64,000 nt of DNA from Spartobacteria bacterium (GCA_040002925.1 JBDUDM010000001.1:1794-65793), one strand, 5' to 3'; shown: positions 55,537 to 64,000, counted from the first letter of the stretch. Numbers and translations: made by a program. The notes: a model not told the origin generated them from the letters alone.

Positions 55537-56724
55537 ATGCGTGTGCCACTGCTCGACCTAACTGAACAATACCGGCAACTGGCCGCTCCCATTCGGGACA
55601 AGATCGACAAGGTCCTGTCGAGCCATCGTTTTATTCTCGGACCGCACGTCGAAAGTTTCGAAAAGGCGATGTGCGATTTCACCGGCGCGCCTCACGCGAT
55701 CGGTGTTTCGTCCGGAACAGACGCTCTGCTCGCGGCGTTGATGGCGATGGAGATAGGCCCCGGTGACGCGGTCATCACGACCCCTTTCTCGTTTTTTGCC
55801 ACCGCTGGATGCATCGCGCGCGTCGGAGCCACACCCATCTTCGTCGACATCGATCCGACGTCTTACAACATTTCCACGCGCGCCCTCGAGCAGTTCCTCA
55901 ATGGCGAATGCGAACGTGCTGATGATCGATTGAAGGTCCGCAAAACCGATGAGCGCGTCCGCGCGATCATTCCAGTCCATCTTTACGGCTTGTGCTGCGA
56001 TATGAATGCGATCCATCGCATCTCGGAACAATATCAGCTCGAAGTAATCGAAGATGCCGCGCAAGCGATCGGTGCCGCGTATCCGTTTCATTCAGGAACG
56101 AAGCAGGCGGGGACGTTGGGCGAAGTCGGCTGCTTCAGCTTTTACCCATCGAAAAACCTCGGCGCCGCTGGCGACGCCGGCCTGGTTGTCTGTCGCGACG
56201 AAGAATTTGCTCACAAGCTGCGCAGTTATCGACAGCACGGAATGGAACCGCGTTATTTTCATCATGCCATCGGCGGAAATTTTCGGCTCGATGAAATCCA
56301 AGCTGCGATTCTCGAGGTTAAGCTGCCGCATCTGAACGATTGGTCGGCGCGCCGACGCGAAGCGGCCGATTATTACGGCGCAGAGTTTACCAGAAGTGGA
56401 TTGACCACGACGATCACGCTGCCGGCAGAGCCGTATCGCAAGTCGGGCCTAACAAGTCATCACATTTACCATCAATACGTCATTCGCACGTCCAGACGAG
56501 ATGCTCTGCGGGAGCACCTGACTAAACGCGAGATCGGCACCGAGATTTATTATCCGCTCGGTTTGCACGAGCAGAAATGCTTCGCTTATCTCGGCTACAA
56601 ACAGGGCGATTTCCCCGAGACTGAACGAGCAGCTCAGGAGATCCTGGCGTTGCCGATTTATCCGGAAATTTCTCGCGCAGCGCAAAGCTACGTGGTCGAC
56701 ACCATCGCGGAATTCTTCCGCTAA
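55537..56724 (+). CDS. DegT/DnrJ/EryC1/StrS-family sugar aminotransferase
   Basis: 395 aa; VPLLDL..QY, ILGPHVESFEKA, GVSSGTDAL, SFYPSKNLGA (PLP Lys). Confidence 0.9.
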   Translation: MRVPLLDLTEQYRQLAAPIRDKIDKVLSSHRFILGPHVESFEKAMCDFTGAPHAIGVSSGTDALLAALMAMEIGPGDAVITTPFSFFATAGCIARVGATPIFVDIDPTSYNISTRALEQFLNGECERADDRLKVRKTDERVRAIIPVHLYGLCCDMNAIHRISEQYQLEVIEDAAQAIGAAYPFHSGTKQAGTLGEVGCFSFYPSKNLGAAGDAGLVVCRDEEFAHKLRSYRQHGMEPRYFHHAIGGNFRLDEIQAAILEVKLPHLNDWSARRREAADYYGAEFTRSGLTTTITLPAEPYRKSGLTSHHIYHQYVIRTSRRDALREHLTKREIGTEIYYPLGLHEQKCFAYLGYKQGDFPETERAAQEILALPIYPEISRAAQSYVVDTIAEFFR

Positions 56725-56802
56725 GATCGACAATCACTGGACGGCGGGCGGCAAAATAGTTGCAGCCGATTCCGCGCGAGCCTATATCAACGCGCACGCA
56801 CC

Positions 56803-56885
56803 GGGTAGGTACCGAAGTGGCCAAACGGGGCGGACTGTAAATCCGCTGGCTTACGCCTTCGCTGGTTCGAATCCAGCCCTGCCCA
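56803..56885 (+). tRNA. tRNA-Tyr (anticodon GTA), long variable arm
   Basis: Acceptor GGGTAGG/CCTGCCC (one G-U pair), anticodon arm GCGGA-CTGTAAA-TCCGC, variable arm, T arm GCTGG-TTCGAAT-CCAGC. Confidence 0.9.
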
Positions 56886-56893
56886 GTTTTTCT

Positions 56894-57361
56894 TTAACGG
56901 CGCTTTTTGCCACCGCGGCGCTTGCCGGCGCTCCGCGAAGACTTCGCGCTTTTTGCTTTGCCGCGTGCTTTGCTCGCGCGGCTGCTCGCCTTTTTACCCC
57001 CCTTTGCCTCACTCACGGCACCGCCGGATTCGCGAGCAGACGATTTTCCGGCTGAGGAGCGCTTCTTTCCGGCACTGGCGCGAGAAGAACTCTTTGATTT
57101 GCGAGAAGCTGCCTTGCGGCCAGTGGTGCTAACGACCGCTTTCGCTTTTTGCGCAACTTTCTTGACCGCTTTCCGACCGCTGGAGTTGCTCCGGGCCGAG
57201 GCTCTGCCCGCAAGCGCTCCGACCACGCCGCCGACTACCGCGCCGACTGGACCGGCCACACTCCCGAGGGCCGCGCCCGCTACTGCGCCCGCCGTCTGTC
57301 TCGGGATAGAGGGAAGTTCGATGTCTCGTTGATCCTGATTAAATTTTTGATCGTCCGCCAT
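56894..57361 (-). CDS. Highly basic Lys/Ser/Ala-rich low-complexity protein with an N-terminal Gly/Ala zipper
   Basis: 155 aa; GAVAGAALGSVAGPVGAVVGGVVGALAG followed by K/R/S/A-rich sequence. No family assigned. Confidence 0.5.
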   Translation of the reverse strand: MADDQKFNQDQRDIELPSIPRQTAGAVAGAALGSVAGPVGAVVGGVVGALAGRASARSNSSGRKAVKKVAQKAKAVVSTTGRKAASRKSKSSSRASAGKKRSSAGKSSARESGGAVSEAKGGKKASSRASKARGKAKSAKSSRSAGKRRGGKKRR

Positions 57362-57460
57362 AAAATGAAGAGCTCCTTAGTTTGGTGTGTATCAATAGTT
57401 CGAAGGACAGCACCGTCGTAGCCGTGCGAAATCAAAAAAACATCGCGGGGCGAGGACAAC

Positions 57461-57490
57461 AAAAAAGCGGTCGCCGGAGCGACCGCTTTT
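57461..57490 (-). terminator. Rho-independent (bidirectional-looking) terminator downstream of the RRM gene
   Basis: A6-GCGGTCGC-cgga-GCGACCGC-T4. On the minus strand the hairpin is followed by T6, 16 nt after the stop of the RRM gene. Confidence 0.8.
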
Positions 57491-57505
57491 CGTGAAAAGT
57501 TGTCT

Positions 57506-57898
57506 TTAGCGTCGGCCGCCACCATCGCGACGTCCACCACCACCGCCGCCGCCATAGCCGCCACCACCGCCGCCGCCACCGTAGCCGCCGCCACCACCGC
57601 CGCCGCCGTAACCACGGCCGCCTCCTCCACCGCCACCGGGCGGACGTGCTTCACGAGGACGCGCTTCGTTTACAGTCAAAGGGCGACCTTCGACCGTTTG
57701 GCCATTTAGCTTTGTAACAGCATTCTGGGCGTCCTGATCCGAGCCCATCGTTACAAACGCGAAGCCGCGCGATTTGCCGGTGAATTTATCTTGCATGAGC
57801 ATTACTTCCTGGACGGCGCCAGCGGATGAAAAAAGCTCCTGCAGTTCGTTTTCCGTCGTATTGAAGGAAAGATTGCCAACGTATAATTTAGTACCCAT
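57506..57898 (-). CDS. RRM-type RNA-binding protein with a Gly-rich tail
   Basis: KLYVGNLSF (RNP2), RGFAFVTM (RNP1), and a C-terminal GGGGGGRGYGGGGGGGGYGGG tail. Confidence 0.9.
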   Translation of the reverse strand: MGTKLYVGNLSFNTTENELQELFSSAGAVQEVMLMQDKFTGKSRGFAFVTMGSDQDAQNAVTKLNGQTVEGRPLTVNEARPREARPPGGGGGGGRGYGGGGGGGGYGGGGGGGGYGGGGGGGRRDGGGRR

Positions 57899-58080
57899 CG
57901 AGTTTATTGATGAAAACGTCGCCTGGTCACTGTTCCCGCTTATCGGATTTCAAATCGCCACTGAATAAACTCAACTGACAATTCACCAACTTCCGAGCTG
58001 CCGTTTTCTTTTTCGGGCTCATTAGTAAGGTGCTTCAAAGCAGAAAGCAATAGCAAAGCAGAGCCCCAAAAACCGACCAG

Positions 58081-59304
58081 ATGTCGACATTTACTGATCA
58101 AAACGGAAAAACAACCTCTTCCCGCGTGGCCGTGGTCGCTGCCGGCCTCATTTCTCCTCTCGGGTCGGGTTTAAATGATAACCGCGAGGCGTTGGCCGAG
58201 GCGAAAGATTGTGTCACCGAAGTCGAGCGCTTCCGGGTCGATCACTGTCGCTGTAAAACGGCCGGTCAGGTTCCCGAAAAATATCTCCCTGCCGTAAATG
58301 GCAGAAGTCGCGACCGAATTCATCGCGCATCGCGGATGATGATCGGCGCGTTGGACCAAGCACTCGCGCAAGATCGACAATTCAAACCGGAAGTAGCCGT
58401 GATCGGAACCACCAGCGGCGGAATGTCCTTTGGCGAAGATTACTACCGCGCCCTCCATCGACACGGTGACTTGCGACCATCCCCCGCCTGGATCGCGAAC
58501 TATCCGCCACAAAAACCCGTCATCGAGGCGCTGCAGAAATTTCAATTAGATATCGCTTCGCAGGTCATCGCGAATGCGTGCGCATCGGGAACAAATGCGA
58601 TCGGCCATGCTTTCGAATGCATTCGGTCTGGTCGTTACGAGCGCGTGCTCACGGGTGGCTACGATGCGATTTCAGAACTGGTGTTTGTTGGTTTCGATTC
58701 GTTACAAGCCTCGACCCCGGAAAAATGTCGTCCGTTTGATCGACAACGCACGGGAATGGTTCTGGGAGAAGGCGCCGCCATCTTGGCGCTGGAAAATCTC
58801 GAAAGAGCGCGCGCACGTGGCGCGAACGTCCTGGCAGAGATCACGGGTTACGGGATTTCCACGGATAACCATCACCTCACTCAACCTAATCCTTCGGGTG
58901 TCGGACCGCGCGCGGCGATGTCTCAGGCATTGCGTAGCGCAAACATCGAACCGGCGGCGGTCGATTACATTAATGCGCATGGAACGGCGACGATCTTCAA
59001 CGACGCGGCCGAAGGAAAAGCGATCGCCGAATTGTTCGGCCGCAAAGTTCCAGTCAGTTCGACCAAGTCGATGATGGGACACTCGTTAGGGGCGGCCGGT
59101 GCGATTGAAGCGGTTTTCTGCATCCTCGCCCTGCAACAGCAGCTTCTGCCGCCGAATATCCATCACCGCAGCTCAGATGAAGATGTCGATCTTAACATCG
59201 TCGCCAACGCCGCGCGTTCGGCTAAGATCGACATCGCGCTATCGAACTCATTTGGATTCGGGGGAACCAATGCTTCGATCGTGATCGAGCGATATCGCGA
59301 ATGA
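58081..59304 (+). CDS. fabF: Beta-ketoacyl-ACP synthase II-like (active KS)
   Basis: 407 aa; active-site NACASGTNAIG, HGTAT and GHSLGAAG all present. Confidence 0.85.
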   Translation: MSTFTDQNGKTTSSRVAVVAAGLISPLGSGLNDNREALAEAKDCVTEVERFRVDHCRCKTAGQVPEKYLPAVNGRSRDRIHRASRMMIGALDQALAQDRQFKPEVAVIGTTSGGMSFGEDYYRALHRHGDLRPSPAWIANYPPQKPVIEALQKFQLDIASQVIANACASGTNAIGHAFECIRSGRYERVLTGGYDAISELVFVGFDSLQASTPEKCRPFDRQRTGMVLGEGAAILALENLERARARGANVLAEITGYGISTDNHHLTQPNPSGVGPRAAMSQALRSANIEPAAVDYINAHGTATIFNDAAEGKAIAELFGRKVPVSSTKSMMGHSLGAAGAIEAVFCILALQQQLLPPNIHHRSSDEDVDLNIVANAARSAKIDIALSNSFGFGGTNASIVIERYRE

Positions 59305-60407
59305 GCGTCTGCATCGCAGGCCTTGGGTGGGCCACGCCACTCGGTAGCGGAGTTCCTGAAGTCTGGACGCGTTTGCTCGCAGGCGAGGAAGCAGCGGTCG
59401 CACAAATTTCCGACATCGTCAGCGATGTGAGTTATCCGGCTTTTCGTGTTCCAGAAAGCGCGTTGAGCAATCTACCGCGTCATCCGCGGCTGCGTCGCGC
59501 CAGCGCGATATCTCGTTTCGCCGCCGCGGCCGGATTAGCGGCGCTCGAGCAGGCAAGATCGACAATCGGCAAGATCGACATGCAACGAGTCGCGCTCATC
59601 TTCGCGATCTCGAATGGCGGCGTGATTTACACGAAACGTTTTTATCACGACATCGTGGCGACCGGTGCGCAATCGGCCAGCCCGTTGCTTTTTCCCGAAA
59701 CGGTTTTCAATGCGCCCGCGAGTCATCTCGCCGCGATCGTCGGAAGTGAAGGAGCGAGCTACACGCTGGTGGGCGATGGCGCTGTCGGCATTCTCGCCGT
59801 AAAAATGGCGGAGGATTTACTGGCTTCGGATGCGCTGGATTATTGCCTGGTCGTCGGCGCGGAGGAAGCGGACTGGCTTTTGTGCGATGCCTATCATCGC
59901 TGGCGAATGGCGCGACCAACGCCGCCGATCGAGCCGTTTCATTCGTCTGCTAAAGGAATGATCCTGAGCGAAGGCGCCGGCGCAATTCTCATCGGACGTA
60001 GCGGCCAAGTGAAGATCGAGCAAACACATGCGGGCGGAAATTATGCCGGACGCCGCCAGGCGCGCGAGTTGGTCGGTCGGGTGGTGAAGGAACTCGCCAC
60101 GCCGGATCTGCAACTCGCAGTGGCGAGCGCGAACGGGACGTTCGTCGATTCACTCGAAGCGAGCGCGTTCTCGCAATTCGTCCCCGACGCTACGATTTAC
60201 ACGGTGAAGCCGGCGCTGGGCGAAAGCGTGGGTGCGAGCGCGGTCTGGCAAATCATTGTCGCGGCGGAGGCGTTGCGGACTCAACAATTGCCACCTTTGC
60301 TTCACGTGGGTGCGGAGGTGAAACGCGACGCTGCTAAATTGCAGAGCGCGCTGGTTTCGAGCTGCGGATTGAACCAGCAAGTGGCCGGAATGCGCTTGTC
60401 GATCTAA
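59301..60407 (+). CDS. KS-like partner lacking the catalytic triad (chain-length-factor-like)
   Basis: 368 aa with a thiolase fold. The Cys position reads LVGDGAVG, the His positions read SANGT and GESVGAS. The ATG overlaps the upstream stop (ATGA). Confidence 0.7.
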   Translation: MSVCIAGLGWATPLGSGVPEVWTRLLAGEEAAVAQISDIVSDVSYPAFRVPESALSNLPRHPRLRRASAISRFAAAAGLAALEQARSTIGKIDMQRVALIFAISNGGVIYTKRFYHDIVATGAQSASPLLFPETVFNAPASHLAAIVGSEGASYTLVGDGAVGILAVKMAEDLLASDALDYCLVVGAEEADWLLCDAYHRWRMARPTPPIEPFHSSAKGMILSEGAGAILIGRSGQVKIEQTHAGGNYAGRRQARELVGRVVKELATPDLQLAVASANGTFVDSLEASAFSQFVPDATIYTVKPALGESVGASAVWQIIVAAEALRTQQLPPLLHVGAEVKRDAAKLQSALVSSCGLNQQVAGMRLSI

Positions 60408-60473
60408 GGGATTGTCGATCTTGGCCTTTTGTCTTTGCAACGAGGGACGGGTGCGGTACGTTCGGCGTCCGCC

Positions 60474-62720
60474 ATGGCAAAACCGGTTTGGTTTATTTTA
60501 AGCCTTTTTCTGGCGTTCAATTTCGCTGGCGCGGCTATTAATGCTCCGAAGGATCAGCCGGTCGAGATCACTTCGACAGGCGAGACGACCTACGAAGGTG
60601 GGCTGGCCACGGCGCGCGATAATGTCGCGATTCATATCGGCGACACGGACATTTACGCCGATTACGCGCAGTACAATTCGCAAAAGCACGAGATTCTGGT
60701 GCAAGGCAACGCGCGCATCTACCGCGACGTGAGCATGTATGTGGGCGAGCAGGCGATTTACAACACGGAGACGAAACAGATTCGCGCCGTGAACATGCAA
60801 ACGGAGTATTTCCCCTACTTTGTTTCGGGCGCTAAGATTTCGTCGCTCTCGGAACAAAACGCCTACTTGATCGAGAACGGCACGTTCACGACGCACGACG
60901 CGCCCACGTCGGATTTCCATTTACGCGCACGGACCGTTCGCGTTTACGAAAACGATCACGTCGTGTTTCAGAACGTCACTTTTTTTGTAGGCCGCGTTCC
61001 TATTTTTTGGTGGCCCTACGTTTACCAAAGACTCGACGACGCTTTCAGTTTTTCGATTTCGCCGGCGTTTCTCAGCTCGTGGGGACCGTCGTTGCTAACG
61101 GAAATTACTTTTCCCATACGAGAAAACATTAAGGGGCGATTGCACGTGGATTATCGGACACGGCGCGGAGTCGCGGTGGGTTTCGATTCGGACGTCGAGT
61201 ACGGAAAGGACAAGAAGAGCTGGGTAAATCTCAAAACGTATTACCTGCAAGACCAGAACCCGCTGTTGAACCGGACGGACGTGCCGCGCGGGCTTGTTTC
61301 AGCGGGGCGCTATCGCGTCACGCTGGAAGATCACACTCAGTTTACGGACGATATTTACGGAATCATCGACATCACGAAGCTGAGCGATCCGTTTGTGATG
61401 CAGGATTTTTATCACAACGATTTCCGCATCGATCCCGTCCCCGACAACGTGGTCTCGCTCGCGAAAACGAATCCGTTCTACACGCTGACCGCGATTGCCC
61501 GTTTCCAGGCGAACGAGTTTTTCGAACAGACGGAGCGGCTCCCGGAAGTCGTGCTGGACGTAAAGCGCCACGCGCTTTTCGGCGGCCCGATTTTTTACGA
61601 AGGGGAAACCGGCGTGGCTGATCTCCATCGAAACTTTGCCAGTGGATCGGATTTTCAAGACTACGGCTCGTGGCGCTTCGACTCGTTCCATCAACTGACT
61701 TATCCAAACACTTACTTCGACTGGCTCTCGATCGTGCCGCGAGCCGGATTTCGCGAAACGTATTACAGCAAGACGCGAGATTTAGGGCAGACCATCTTCG
61801 AGCCGAGCGAAAATCCGCTCGTTCCCGCATTCCTTCTTCCAGAGCCGACCTTGGAAATGCCGATCCTAAATGGCGGAGATAAATTTCGCGATGTCGTCAA
61901 TCTTGGCGTCGAAGCGTCCTTCAAGATGTCGCGCGAATGGGAAAACGCGCAAAGCCGCACCCTCGGACTCGATGGCCTGCGCCATATCATTCAGCCTTTC
62001 ACAAACTTTTCCTGGGTTTCGAACGGAGGCCCGGATCCGCGGGAAATCCTGCAGTTCGATCGCTACGAACCTTCCACGCAACTTCGCCCGATCGACTTCC
62101 CGCAATTTACTTCGATCGATTCGATCGATCGCTGGACGGTCTGGCGCGTCGGCGTGCGCAATCGCCTGCTAACGCGGCGAGACGATCTCACTGTCAGCTG
62201 GCTCGATCTCCAAACGTATTTCGACGCGAACATCGACAATCCCTACGACCGCACGCCGTATTCAAATTTGTTTAACCGGTTGAGATTCACGCCGCTGCCT
62301 TGGGCCAGCTTGGTCATCAATTCGCAAATCCCGGTGTTCGACAAGGGTTTCACCGAAGTAAATACCAACGTTATCATTCAACCCATCGCCAATATGCAAG
62401 TGAGCGTCGGCCATCGTTATCTGAATTCGAATCCGTTTTTCAATAACAGCAGCCTCTTCGTCGTGGGCGGCTATTATCGTTTCGACGATAACTGGGGCAT
62501 CGGCCTGCAGGAGCAATACGAAGCGGCGAACGGCGTGCTCGAACAGCAGCGTTACTCGATCTATCGCGATTTAACCAGCTGGGTTGCCTCGCTCGGCGCG
62601 GTCATCCGCGATAACGGCGGAATCAAAGAATACGGCGTCCTTCTCACCTTCACCCTGAAGGCGTTTCCGAAATTCGGTTTCGATCTCAATTTCGATCCAG
62701 CGGGCGCCAGCGATAATTGA
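60474..62720 (+). CDS. lptD: LPS-assembly outer membrane protein LptD-like
   Basis: Signal peptide MAKPVWFILSLFLAFNFAGA; OstA-like N-domain (VEITSTGETTYEGGLATARDNVAIHIGDTDIYADYAQYN...); large C-terminal beta-barrel. Confidence 0.8.
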   Translation: MAKPVWFILSLFLAFNFAGAAINAPKDQPVEITSTGETTYEGGLATARDNVAIHIGDTDIYADYAQYNSQKHEILVQGNARIYRDVSMYVGEQAIYNTETKQIRAVNMQTEYFPYFVSGAKISSLSEQNAYLIENGTFTTHDAPTSDFHLRARTVRVYENDHVVFQNVTFFVGRVPIFWWPYVYQRLDDAFSFSISPAFLSSWGPSLLTEITFPIRENIKGRLHVDYRTRRGVAVGFDSDVEYGKDKKSWVNLKTYYLQDQNPLLNRTDVPRGLVSAGRYRVTLEDHTQFTDDIYGIIDITKLSDPFVMQDFYHNDFRIDPVPDNVVSLAKTNPFYTLTAIARFQANEFFEQTERLPEVVLDVKRHALFGGPIFYEGETGVADLHRNFASGSDFQDYGSWRFDSFHQLTYPNTYFDWLSIVPRAGFRETYYSKTRDLGQTIFEPSENPLVPAFLLPEPTLEMPILNGGDKFRDVVNLGVEASFKMSREWENAQSRTLGLDGLRHIIQPFTNFSWVSNGGPDPREILQFDRYEPSTQLRPIDFPQFTSIDSIDRWTVWRVGVRNRLLTRRDDLTVSWLDLQTYFDANIDNPYDRTPYSNLFNRLRFTPLPWASLVINSQIPVFDKGFTEVNTNVIIQPIANMQVSVGHRYLNSNPFFNNSSLFVVGGYYRFDDNWGIGLQEQYEAANGVLEQQRYSIYRDLTSWVASLGAVIRDNGGIKEYGVLLTFTLKAFPKFGFDLNFDPAGASDN

Positions 62721-62766
62721 TGGCCAGCGGCTTGCTTCTCCGCTAAGCCGCTGCAACTGCTAAACT

Positions 62767-64000
62767 ATGGATCTCTCCATCATCGGCTCGGGTTATGTCG
62801 GCCTCGTCACCGGCGCGTGCTTCGCGGACGTGGGCCACAACGTTATTTGCGTCGATAACGATCCGCGCAAAGTCGAATCGCTCCAGGCCGGCAAAGTGCC
62901 GATCTATGAGCCCGGGCTTGAAGAAGTCATTCATCGAAATGTTTCCGCGCAAAGGCTGCGCTTCACCGGAAGCATTAAGGAAGGCGTGGATAATTCGCAG
63001 GTCATCTTCATCGCCGTGCCCACGCCGCAGCACCCGAATGGAGATGTCGATCTTAGCTACATCGAGAAAGTCGCGCGCGAGATCGCCGGTGTGCTGACCG
63101 ATTACCGCGTCATCGTCGATAAAAGCACCGTGCCCGTAAAAACGGGTGAGAAAGTGGCCGAGTCGATCAAGCGCTACAATCGCCACGGAGCAAAATTCGA
63201 CGTCGTCAGCAATCCAGAGTTTCTCCGCGAAGGTTGCGCCGTCGGCGACCTGATGCATCCGGACCGCATCGTTATCGGCGCACAAAGCGAACACGCAATC
63301 GACTTGATGAAAAAAGTTTACGAGCCATTCATGGCGCCGATTCTCGTGACCGATATCAACAGCGCCGAACTGATTAAACACGCCGCTAACTCGTTCCTCG
63401 CCCTAAAGATTTCTTACATCAACGCGGTCTCAGCCATCTGTGCCGCCAGCGGCGCCGACGTGGAGAAAGTGGCCGACGGCATCGGGATGGATCGACGGAT
63501 CGGGCGGACGTTTTTGAATGCGGGAATCGGTTACGGTGGATCTTGTTTTCCGAAAGATATCGCCGCTTTTATTACCATCAGCGAGCAGCTCGGCGTCCCT
63601 TTTCAGTTATTGAAAGAAGTGCAGCGAATCAACGCGACCCAGAAGGAGCGTTTTTTGAAAACCATTCGCGAAGCGCTCTGGGTATTGCGCGAGAAAAAAA
63701 TCGCGGTCTGGGGACTCACCTTTAAGCCGGATACGGACGACATCCGTTCCTCGGTCGCGATCGATCTGGTCGCCGACATGCTCGGCGAAGGCGCGCACGT
63801 TTCTGTTTACGATCCGAAAGGAATGGAGAAAGCGCGGGAGCTGAAGTCGCTTTCCGGTGCGCAGTTTGCCTCGTCGCCGATGGAAGCGATCGAAGGCGCG
63901 GAAGCGCTCATCATCGCCACGGAATGGAGCGAGTTCGCCAATGTCGATCTTGCGCTGGTCAAAGAGCGAATGACGACGCCGATTATTTTCGACGGCCGAA
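62767..64000 (+). CDS. ugd: UDP-glucose 6-dehydrogenase; 3' end lies off the window
   Basis: Own translation: MDLSIIGSGYVGLVTGACFADVGHNVICVD..., SNPEFLREG, GGSCFPKD, GLTFKPDTDDIR. It is absent from the ORF track because there is no in-window stop. The listed minus-strand ORF 62743-63381 is antisense noise. Confidence 0.9.
   Translation, partial: MDLSIIGSGYVGLVTGACFADVGHNVICVDNDPRKVESLQAGKVPIYEPGLEEVIHRNVSAQRLRFTGSIKEGVDNSQVIFIAVPTPQHPNGDVDLSYIEKVAREIAGVLTDYRVIVDKSTVPVKTGEKVAESIKRYNRHGAKFDVVSNPEFLREGCAVGDLMHPDRIVIGAQSEHAIDLMKKVYEPFMAPILVTDINSAELIKHAANSFLALKISYINAVSAICAASGADVEKVADGIGMDRRIGRTFLNAGIGYGGSCFPKDIAAFITISEQLGVPFQLLKEVQRINATQKERFLKTIREALWVLREKKIAVWGLTFKPDTDDIRSSVAIDLVADMLGEGAHVSVYDPKGMEKARELKSLSGAQFASSPMEAIEGAEALIIATEWSEFANVDLALVKERMTTPIIFDGR

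Larger units (their letters stand above)
641..63951. repeat. Dispersed hyper-abundant oligomer, core TGTCGATCTT / AAGATCGACA, extended consensus GA(T)TGTCGATCTTG; at least 82 exact cores in the window
   Basis: Manual scan. Forward cores start at 2254, 2664, 3051, 5797, 6316, 6699, 6747, 7262, 8087, 9336, 12975, 13007, 13565, 13842, 14875, 15285, 16414, 17003, 17018, 17667, 18998, 19402, 22976, 24356, 25173, 25675, 28112, 28275, 28385, 34891, 35543, 36458, 37806, 40720, 41086, 43319, 45147, 50228, 52612, 53437, 53632, 54712, 59184, 60413, 63045, 63942. Reverse-complement cores start at 641, 901, 2289, 3503, 3774, 5495, 5924, 8465, 10614, 10968, 14615, 16374, 17901, 20768, 25997, 30198, 30224, 31323, 31681, 37423, 37438, 39774, 41320, 44499, 45737, 49435, 49985, 50488, 51787, 53306, 55600, 56723, 58370, 59224, 59555, 59571. 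Confidence 0.9.

Noticed and set aside
57506-57640. GCC/ACC-rich triplet-repeat-like tract
   Set aside because: It is the reverse strand of the Gly-rich tail of the RRM protein. This is coding low complexity, not a microsatellite or CRISPR-like array.
62743-63381. 212-aa minus-strand ORF from the ORF track
   Set aside because: It is antisense to an unmistakable UDP-glucose dehydrogenase reading frame that the track omitted because it has no stop in the window. This is a typical high-GC antisense ORF.
641-63951. Possibility that the repeated 12-mer marks a CRISPR array, REP cluster or tandem repeat
   Set aside because: The spacing is irregular (15 nt to 3.7 kb), copies occur in both orientations and mostly inside unrelated CDSs, there is no conserved spacer architecture, and no cas genes are present.
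1-64000. Search for an integrase, transposase, phage structural genes or a recognised defence system (RM, CBASS, Abi and similar)
   Set aside because: None of the translated ORFs shows the corresponding motifs. Mobile-DNA signals are limited to the small non-autonomous elements, the GIY-YIG remnant and the ORF6N pseudogene.

Overview
High-GC, gene-dense chromosomal window of about 70 CDS and 3 tRNAs. It has no integrase, transposase, CRISPR array or rRNA. The gene content and the TGTTC-N4-GAACA LexA boxes fit a Verrucomicrobia-like genome. Housekeeping genes include nadC, birA, trpD, gnd, moaE, pgsA, maf, dusB, erpA, parB, glgE, fabF, lptD, lptF/G and ugd. There is also an exopolysaccharide export locus (O-antigen-ligase-like, OM barrel, Wzc-like kinase, Wza-like), an ExbBD-TPR set, an ABC-2 exporter, and a LexA/ImuA/ImuB/DnaE2 SOS-mutagenesis system. 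Main findings: (1) The non-palindromic word GA(T)TGTCGATCTTG (10-mer core TGTCGATCTT) occurs at least 82 times. It appears on both strands, in every reading frame and between genes, at about 1.3 per kb against about 0.1 expected. This matches the genomic signature of a DNA-uptake-sequence-like signal, and I know of no such signal described for this lineage. (2) imuB is split into two intact ORFs about 10 kb apart on opposite strands, consistent with a roughly 10.2 kb inversion. dnaE2 and the imuB 3' half now lie behind a LexA-boxed 647-aa repeat-protein gene. (3) A family of small double-hairpin elements with TGTAGG...CCTACA ends includes one in-frame copy inside dnaE2 and two copies that supply stop codons. 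(4) A frameshifted GIY-YIG gene sits between tRNA-Lys and a duplicated tRNA-Lys 3' part. All coordinates and counts were read by eye, with no searches run.
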